DNA of 64,000 bases from a virus: positions 20,284-84,283 of IMG/VR virus record IMGVR_UViG_3300020411_003820; one strand, given 5' to 3'. Positions within the stretch are counted from its first letter, which is position 1, and each line of letters starts with the position of its first letter. A program made the translations under genes and the position numbers. Positions 58,310 through 64,000 of the stretch are shown piece by piece. Under the pieces are notes generated by a model that worked only from the letters and a program-made list of their open reading frames with translations, was not told the DNA's origin and made no database searches.

Positions 58310-59225
58310 CTGATCTATTTCCTTTGTATATTGTATCAAACTGTGCGACAATTGATTTTACAATCGTACTCGGCGTTTCTTTAAATTCAAAATCAAATAC
58401 TTCTTCAAACTTACTTGAATCAATTAAAAAGTCATATGCTTTTGTTTGAAGTTTAACGTTTGTAATCGTTTCAGGTAAAGTATCTACAATTTCAAGTTCT
58501 GCACCGGTGTGCTCGGCAACTGCAAGGGATATTGTCTTAGCAGTTGAGTTAAATGATGCAAGATTATAAATTCCACAATTATCATTAGTGCCGTGTTTAA
58601 TAATAGTCTGCATAGCACGGCATAAGTCTTCGATTCCAAGAATAGGGCGATGTACTTCTGGATTGAAACAAAATACTTTCCCATTTTGTAAAGCATTATA
58701 AGTCATAGCATTAATCATAATGTCATTTCTGAGATTTGGTGAGGCACCGTTAACAGTACCAAAACGTAAACCAAAAAATCTTTTACCTGATAGTTTTGCA
58801 TATGAGTCGATTTCATGTTTTGATAAATCATAATAGTTATTTGGCTCAAAACGATTATAACCTTCGTTTACAACATAACTTTTTGTATCTCCATAGACTG
58901 AAGATGAACTAGCGTAAATAAAAGTTTGATCATTTCCGATAAGCTCCAAAAGTTTAGCAAAATTCAACACATTGTTTTTTACAGTTGGCACCATATTTTT
59001 GTCACACATTTTAACGCTTGAATGGCCGGCTAACAAAATAACAATGTCATAAAACTCAACTTCTTTCTTAGTCAAATCAGCAAAGTCTTTAACAATATTG
59101 AAGCGATTAATATGGTTGCCATACCATTCAATGTCAACAGAATCCACTGCGTGCTCTTCATTTAAAACTTGGAATAATCGGCTGCCAATATATCCACAGC
59201 CGCCAATCAACAATATGTTAGCCAT
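58293..59225 (-). CDS. NAD-dependent epimerase/dehydratase
   Basis: IGGCGYIGS, YASSSSVYG, YDLSK, LRFGTVNG. Confidence 0.85.
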   Translation of the reverse strand: MANILLIGGCGYIGSRLFQVLNEEHAVDSVDIEWYGNHINRFNIVKDFADLTKKEVEFYDIVILLAGHSSVKMCDKNMVPTVKNNVLNFAKLLELIGNDQTFIYASSSSVYGDTKSYVVNEGYNRFEPNNYYDLSKHEIDSYAKLSGKRFFGLRFGTVNGASPNLRNDIMINAMTYNALQNGKVFCFNPEVHRPILGIEDLCRAMQTIIKHGTNDNCGIYNLASFNSTAKTISLAVAEHTGAELEIVDTLPETITNVKLQTKAYDFLIDSSKFEEVFDFEFKETPSTIVKSIVAQFDTIYKGNRSDAKLY

Positions 59226-60150
59226 TTTTATACAACCTATTATTCATATGTACGATAGGGAACACCCTTAGAAGCTCGTCAATGCCCTCATCGACACTAA
59301 TAGTAGTGTCATAGCCCAATTCATTAATCTTGTCATACGAGACAACGTAGTCGCGTTTATCAGCATCGCCATCAAAATCAGCATAATGTACATAACAATC
59401 TGTTTTTTCTTGTATTAGTTTGCAAACGTCACCCTTTGAATGATTCATTGAGTTAGAACCAACATTATATACTTCACCGGACATTTCTTCTGGATGTTCG
59501 ATAGCAAACATAAACACTTTAGCAATATCCTTAACATGGATAAAGGTTCTCATAAAATGTGACTCGTATACAGCAATGTATTTTTGATTATATGCTGAGT
59601 ATGATAAATCGTTTACAAGCAAATCCAAACGTAGACGCGGACTTACCCCAAAGGCAGTTGCAAATCTAAATGCAATTCCATTTGGATATTTCATTACCTC
59701 TTCTTCGCCAAGTGTTTTACTACGGCCATAAATACTTAACGGATTGAGGGGTGTCTCTTCGGTACAAACACCGTCTACGGTTCCATAATTCGAACCTGTA
59801 GAACCATAAAGCAACATTTGTTTACCATCAACACCGGCAACAACATTAATTGTACCTTGGTGGTTCACCCTGTAAGAATTCTGTTCGTCAATCCTACATG
59901 CTGTATATCCAACAATAGCAGCCAAATGAACAATTACGTCGTGACCTTTCATAGATTGGTGTAAAAACTCTTTATTTAAAATGTCGCCTTTAATAAAAGT
60001 AAAATTGTCATGTGAAAAATTATGTATCAACCCATGACCACCATACATCAGACTATCGTATACGGTTACTTCATAGCCATTTTCTAACAACATTGGCACC
60101 AATGTACAGCCAATATATCCAGCGCCACCAGTAATAAACACCTTTTTCAT
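59218..60150 (-). CDS. NAD-dependent epimerase/dehydratase
   Basis: ITGGAGYIG, HLAAIVG, STGSNYG, YGRSK, FRFATAFG. Confidence 0.88.
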   Translation of the reverse strand: MKKVFITGGAGYIGCTLVPMLLENGYEVTVYDSLMYGGHGLIHNFSHDNFTFIKGDILNKEFLHQSMKGHDVIVHLAAIVGYTACRIDEQNSYRVNHQGTINVVAGVDGKQMLLYGSTGSNYGTVDGVCTEETPLNPLSIYGRSKTLGEEEVMKYPNGIAFRFATAFGVSPRLRLDLLVNDLSYSAYNQKYIAVYESHFMRTFIHVKDIAKVFMFAIEHPEEMSGEVYNVGSNSMNHSKGDVCKLIQEKTDCYVHYADFDGDADKRDYVVSYDKINELGYDTTISVDEGIDELLRVFPIVHMNNRLYKNG

Positions 60151-60174
60151 AATTTTTAAATACTCCTATTACGT

Positions 60175-60203
60175 ATTATAATCTCAAAAGTTTGTTTTGT
60201 CAA
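60175..60203 (-). promoter_or_regulatory. Consensus sigma70 promoter
   Basis: Perfect TTGACA-17 nt-TATAAT followed by an AGGAG RBS. Confidence 0.85.
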
Positions 60204-61573
60204 GTTAAATTTATATTAGTTTTATAATCATGTTGGGTATCGTATAGCCAATAATTATAAAGATTTTCACCAAGTTTAGATTTTGCAAAATTTAATAATT
60301 CAATGTCATAATACTCACCACTAAGGAAAAACTTTTGGATATCCCTATTCAAAGTTCTTTTATAATCAATTTTTTCGTAAGGATTAAATTGCCCAGTGCC
60401 AAGACCACAACCATATTCATGCGCCCACAAACGACCCATATCTGGTGATATTGATGGCTCTACGCTTGGGTCTGCCCAGTTAACAAATTCGGCGCCTTCG
60501 TGTTCTAAATTTTTAAGAAAATATTCAAGAAAAATAATTTTGCTATCTACACCATTTCTAATATCTTTTTTATATTCTTCAATAATGTTAACAGTTTGTT
60601 CAACTATCTGTTTTAATAAAAGCATATCTTTGGGAGCCGGCACACAAATATCAGGCGGTCTAAGACTTAAAGCAACCCTAAAAGGATTTCTTACAAGATA
60701 GCACTTTTTATCGTATTCATGATTTTTGAAACTAACATCACAATAAGGCCCAAAATGGTTTTTATAGTTTCGGTAATGTTCTTCACTTTCCCAATCTAAA
60801 ATTTGTGGCACTTTTATAACTAAATTTTCTATTTTAGCTGGATCTTTAATACGATTGTCCAGTCCTAAAAACATGGACTTTCCTTGCTGAAATAACCAAT
60901 TAATTAACAAATGATCATTAGTTGGGATAGCAGGCACATAATATTCATACTTTGACTTTTTTACTGTTATTTTGTTTAGCTCATCTTCAGGTAATGTTGC
61001 TTCTAACATAACACGGTTATTAGCTTTCAATACATCCATAATTTTTTGTGTTGTTTGTTTACCATCAATGCTATTAGCAAGTAAACGCGTTAAAATGGGC
61101 TCATAATTTTCGCCAGTAACAATTGTTTCAGCTAAGGCTGCACAATTGTAAGAAGCGAACATCGCATGCCCGGGCGTAATTACTCCTTTTTGAACATCGC
61201 CTTGGATATCTGTATATTTTATTTCTTCTTCATAATAGGATGAACCGTTGAAAAGAGTTGCTGCGATTTCGGTGCATTGCTTAGCAATGGCACGGAAGCT
61301 TCCAGATGCGTCATTCCATGTTTTTTCTTCATAAATATTTTCTACAATATGATTAAAAAAATTTTGATATCTGTTAGATTCCTCCGCTACCATGACTGGG
61401 CGTATGGCTGACCCTGCCTCGGGAAGAGACTCGTAATCATTAGTGTCAAATTCAAATTTTTCAGTTAACGAAAAAAAATTAGGATGATAGTGCAATAAAG
61501 CAAGGATTAAATTACTACCACTTCTGTGAAGTGTTTTTAGCCCTATACGGTTAAGTTTAAAGTTTGTCTTCAT
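60200..61573 (-). CDS. Sulfotransferase-like P-loop protein
   Basis: TLHRSGSNLI resembles the 5'-PSB loop and LVRNPFRVALS the 3'-PB motif. Start moved to MKTNFK. Confidence 0.55.
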   Translation of the reverse strand: MKTNFKLNRIGLKTLHRSGSNLILALLHYHPNFFSLTEKFEFDTNDYESLPEAGSAIRPVMVAEESNRYQNFFNHIVENIYEEKTWNDASGSFRAIAKQCTEIAATLFNGSSYYEEEIKYTDIQGDVQKGVITPGHAMFASYNCAALAETIVTGENYEPILTRLLANSIDGKQTTQKIMDVLKANNRVMLEATLPEDELNKITVKKSKYEYYVPAIPTNDHLLINWLFQQGKSMFLGLDNRIKDPAKIENLVIKVPQILDWESEEHYRNYKNHFGPYCDVSFKNHEYDKKCYLVRNPFRVALSLRPPDICVPAPKDMLLLKQIVEQTVNIIEEYKKDIRNGVDSKIIFLEYFLKNLEHEGAEFVNWADPSVEPSISPDMGRLWAHEYGCGLGTGQFNPYEKIDYKRTLNRDIQKFFLSGEYYDIELLNFAKSKLGENLYNYWLYDTQHDYKTNINLT

Positions 61574-62537
61574 AATATTTGACTGTGTTAATAATACCTT
61601 GTTCATGCTCAAAAAAGGAAAATTTAGGCCACCAATCACGGATGACTGCGCTATGTAAGACTTTCATCGCATCTCCGTCAGTATATGATGTATCAAAGAC
61701 AATTTTACCTTCATAACCAATAGCTTTTTTAATTAAATGCGCAGACTCAGCTATTGAATGACCTTTTTCTTGTCCAACATTAAAAGGTTTAGCAGTTAGC
61801 CCGTATTCAGTTGATATTAATCTTGATCCCATAATCAGTGCATTAGAAAAATCATCTACATAACACCACTCACGCACAGGGTTTCCAGTTCCCCAAACTA
61901 CAAATTCAGGATCGCCTGCTTTTTTAGCCTGAAGCATGCGAATTATCATACCATTTAAAGCGTGAGTATGATTTGGATCTGTTGAATCTCCAGGTCCGTA
62001 AGTATTTGGCAATATTAAATTAATTGTTTTAATGCCATGTTGCATTAGGTAGCATTTTGAAATGTAATAAATTGTTCTTTTTGAATTTCCAAATGAAAAG
62101 ATTGATTCATGGACCGGTCCGCTTTCCCATTCATTTTCTTTCTGTAATTGAGTGCCGCCGGGGTATGAACAATTGGAAAAAGGCTGTATAACCGTTGCTT
62201 CACAACCGACCTCAACCATAGCCTTATAAATATTCAATGTCATTTGAATATTATCGTTAATTACATCAGATGCCTTTTCTTTAACATAATGCAAACTGCC
62301 ACCATGTGAAGCTAAATTGAAAATAAATCTTGGCTGGCTGTCAATAAGCAATTGTTTTGTTTCTTCGTAATTCCTTAAGTCAACACCAAGGGCTCTGGAG
62401 GCAGTGGTAACATTAATCTTGTTACCATCTACATCGGCTGAAGGTATATCGCCAAGGGCTCTTGAGCTAAGTGTTTTTAATTTATTTGTCAAATTTGTTC
62501 CGATAAAACCGGTTGCTCCTAATACGAGTACGTTCAT
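61557..62537 (-). CDS. GDP-fucose-synthase-like epimerase/reductase (divergent second copy)
   Basis: LGATGFIG, NLASHGG, SNCSYP, PNTYGP, HALNGMI, VWGTGNPVREW. The usual catalytic YxxxK reads FGNSK. Confidence 0.8.
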   Translation of the reverse strand: MNVLVLGATGFIGTNLTNKLKTLSSRALGDIPSADVDGNKINVTTASRALGVDLRNYEETKQLLIDSQPRFIFNLASHGGSLHYVKEKASDVINDNIQMTLNIYKAMVEVGCEATVIQPFSNCSYPGGTQLQKENEWESGPVHESIFSFGNSKRTIYYISKCYLMQHGIKTINLILPNTYGPGDSTDPNHTHALNGMIIRMLQAKKAGDPEFVVWGTGNPVREWCYVDDFSNALIMGSRLISTEYGLTAKPFNVGQEKGHSIAESAHLIKKAIGYEGKIVFDTSYTDGDAMKVLHSAVIRDWWPKFSFFEHEQGIINTVKYYEDKL

Positions 62538-63226
62538 TTTTTCTCCTTATAATATCTAAATTCATGTCCATGCAACTTCAATTTTGGTCCAAACTTACCA
62601 ATTGCAGTTGCTCGTATAATTTTTTGTAATTCTTCTTGTGATATATTTTGTTCTACTACCTGTAGTTTATCAATTTCTCTAATTCTACCAACTTTAGTGG
62701 CCCACTTTTGCTTTGAGTTATTTTCAACAAATTTTTGTAATATTTCTGCGCCATATTTTGTTATAGTCGTAACTAGATCATAAAACGCAGCTAGCTGTTT
62801 CATGTGGACTCTAGGTAATAATGTTTCAATATTGTCGTTTGGTAGAATTGGAATTCTAAATACCTTAATTATATCACCATTATCAATCTTCTCATTTAAA
62901 TAATGAATAGTGATGCCCGTTGTTTTTTCATTATTATAAAGTGCCCAGTTTACACATCCAGAACCGGGATACTCGGGTGAGCCGGGATGAAAATTTATGG
63001 CTGCTACTTTAGCATTGTCAATAAGAGTTTTTGGCAAAATATAATATGATTTCATATGAAAAATATAGTCACCTTTCCAGTTAATATAATCCTTTGGTAT
63101 TTTTTCTCTTCTATTTTTTGAAGCTTTAATCCAGTCAACATCAAAACCGCACACTTTCAAAAAGTTATTAGCTTTTTGACAATACTCACAGTCTTCAAAA
63201 CCAATAAACAAAGCACGACCCATCAT
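62534..63226 (-). CDS. Formyltransferase (N10-formyl-THF dependent, sugar N-formyltransferase-like)
   Basis: INFHPGSPEYPG, GITIHYLNEKIDNGDII. Confidence 0.88.
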   Translation of the reverse strand: MMGRALFIGFEDCEYCQKANNFLKVCGFDVDWIKASKNRREKIPKDYINWKGDYIFHMKSYYILPKTLIDNAKVAAINFHPGSPEYPGSGCVNWALYNNEKTTGITIHYLNEKIDNGDIIKVFRIPILPNDNIETLLPRVHMKQLAAFYDLVTTITKYGAEILQKFVENNSKQKWATKVGRIREIDKLQVVEQNISQEELQKIIRATAIGKFGPKLKLHGHEFRYYKEKK

Positions 63227-63831
63227 TCTGCTTTAAACCTACCCTGCTTAAAAACATCTAAGGTTGTCAAATCAACCCAATCTGTATGAACCCATTTCTT
63301 GGGCGGTGTATCAATAGCAGCAGGCAGTTTTTGTAATCCCAACTCAGCAGTCTCTGGCGTCATATAATAGTGGTAGCCAATCGTTTGGATATTTTGCACA
63401 GACCAAGAAACATCAGGACTTCTGCCGTCATACGACATCTTCTTGAGGGTGTCATAATCTTCTTGGTTATCAAACAAAATAACTCCGCCGCGGCCTAAGC
63501 TCAAGTGTTTTCTAAACTGAAAACTAATACACATGTATGTACCGGGCACATAGCTGTTTGGCTCCCAATGCACAGCAGCATCAACAATCTGGTCAGTCAT
63601 GTAATAATAGTTTTGCCATTCCTCATCTGTCCACTCAATCTCTATATCTAGTTTCTCAGCTAACATCGGTACCGAAAGATATGTGTGTTTTGGTACAGTA
63701 ATCTTTTGTGTACCTCTCATTCGTAAACAAAGTTCAATCCCATGAGTACAACAATCAACGGCAACCGCGTAAGGGGCTCCAAAAAACTTTGCGATTTCTC
63801 TCTCGAAATCAGCAATCACTTCAAACGACAT
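63223..63831 (-). CDS. DegT/DnrJ/EryC1/StrS PLP aminotransferase (short form)
   Basis: FEREIAKFFG..AVAVDCCTHGI, VDAA, SFQFRKHLSLGRGG. Confidence 0.82.
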   Translation of the reverse strand: MSFEVIADFEREIAKFFGAPYAVAVDCCTHGIELCLRMRGTQKITVPKHTYLSVPMLAEKLDIEIEWTDEEWQNYYYMTDQIVDAAVHWEPNSYVPGTYMCISFQFRKHLSLGRGGVILFDNQEDYDTLKKMSYDGRSPDVSWSVQNIQTIGYHYYMTPETAELGLQKLPAAIDTPPKKWVHTDWVDLTTLDVFKQGRFKAE

Positions 63832-64000
63832 TACAACTCCTTAATTTGGTTTATTAAGTTTTTAGCCATATGATGCCATGTATAGTTGTTAGTGGCTGTA
63901 TCATACGCTGTTTCAATGACCCGACTCATTTCACTTTCATTGTTCAAATAATAATCAAGCTTTTCATCAAAATCACTTAAATCATTATTAAAGATAACAC
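63831..64000 (-). CDS. Glycosyltransferase C-terminus (CgeB / Glyco_trans_1_2-like); partial
   Basis: Manual translation VIFNNDLSDFDEKLDYYLNNESEMSRVIETAYDTATNNYTWHHMAKNLINQIKEL*, with TAATG overlap into the DegT gene. Confidence 0.65.
   Translation of the reverse strand, partial: VIFNNDLSDFDEKLDYYLNNESEMSRVIETAYDTATNNYTWHHMAKNLINQIKEL

Noticed and set aside
1581-60701. All plus-strand ORFs and short nested minus-strand ORFs in the track
   Set aside because: They lie within long, motif-bearing minus-strand genes and show no recognisable domains.
8729-61639. Longest-ORF starts at 9394, 49899, 50621, 50919, 52356, 53113, 58351 and 61639
   Set aside because: Downstream starts (9340, 49881, 50597, 50910, 52215, 53089, 58309, 61573) fit RBS position, gene overlaps or domain boundaries better.
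1-64000. Stop-codon reassignment, as seen in some large phages
   Set aside because: Genes up to 12 kb are open in the standard code, coding density is high, and TAA, TAG and TGA all end genes at sensible boundaries.
1-64000. CRISPR array, tRNA/rRNA, intron, intein, IS element
   Set aside because: Intergenic gaps are under about 180 bp with no repeat-spacer pattern or cloverleaf. No transposase, homing endonuclease or intein motifs were seen by eye.

Overview
This window looks like part of a large (jumbo-type) tailed dsDNA phage genome with a myovirus-like baseplate. It is AT-rich (about 35-38% GC by eye), densely coded, and essentially every real gene is on the minus strand. In transcription order (right to left) it holds four blocks. 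(1) A nucleotide-sugar and glycan-modification cluster of at least 12.6 kb: glycosyltransferases, a DegT aminotransferase, a formyltransferase, a sulfotransferase-like protein, a C-methyltransferase, a GT11 fucosyltransferase, gmd/fcl, ugd and several SDR epimerases. (2) A small block with a gp55-like sigma factor. (3) A baseplate/tail module of about 40 kb: M23 peptidase, gp25-like and gp6-like wedge proteins, a 4112-aa multi-LamG protein and other large virion proteins. (4) A mixed block: RuvC-like resolvase, SlyD-like PPIase, Hsp20, primase, three proteins sharing an MKITxSQLKQIIxEE-type leader, a lipoprotein, an Mre11-Rad50 fusion and, at the left edge, a tubulin/FtsZ-superfamily gene that the ORF track missed. 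The most notable observations are the shared leader (a candidate capsid-targeting propeptide, in one case followed by a hidden signal peptide), the phage tubulin, the glycan pathway beside the virion genes, short high-GC patches inside virion genes, and strong over-representation of GC-only palindromic hexamers. I found no tRNA, rRNA, CRISPR array, intron or transposon. All functional calls come from motif recognition by eye; no database searches were run.
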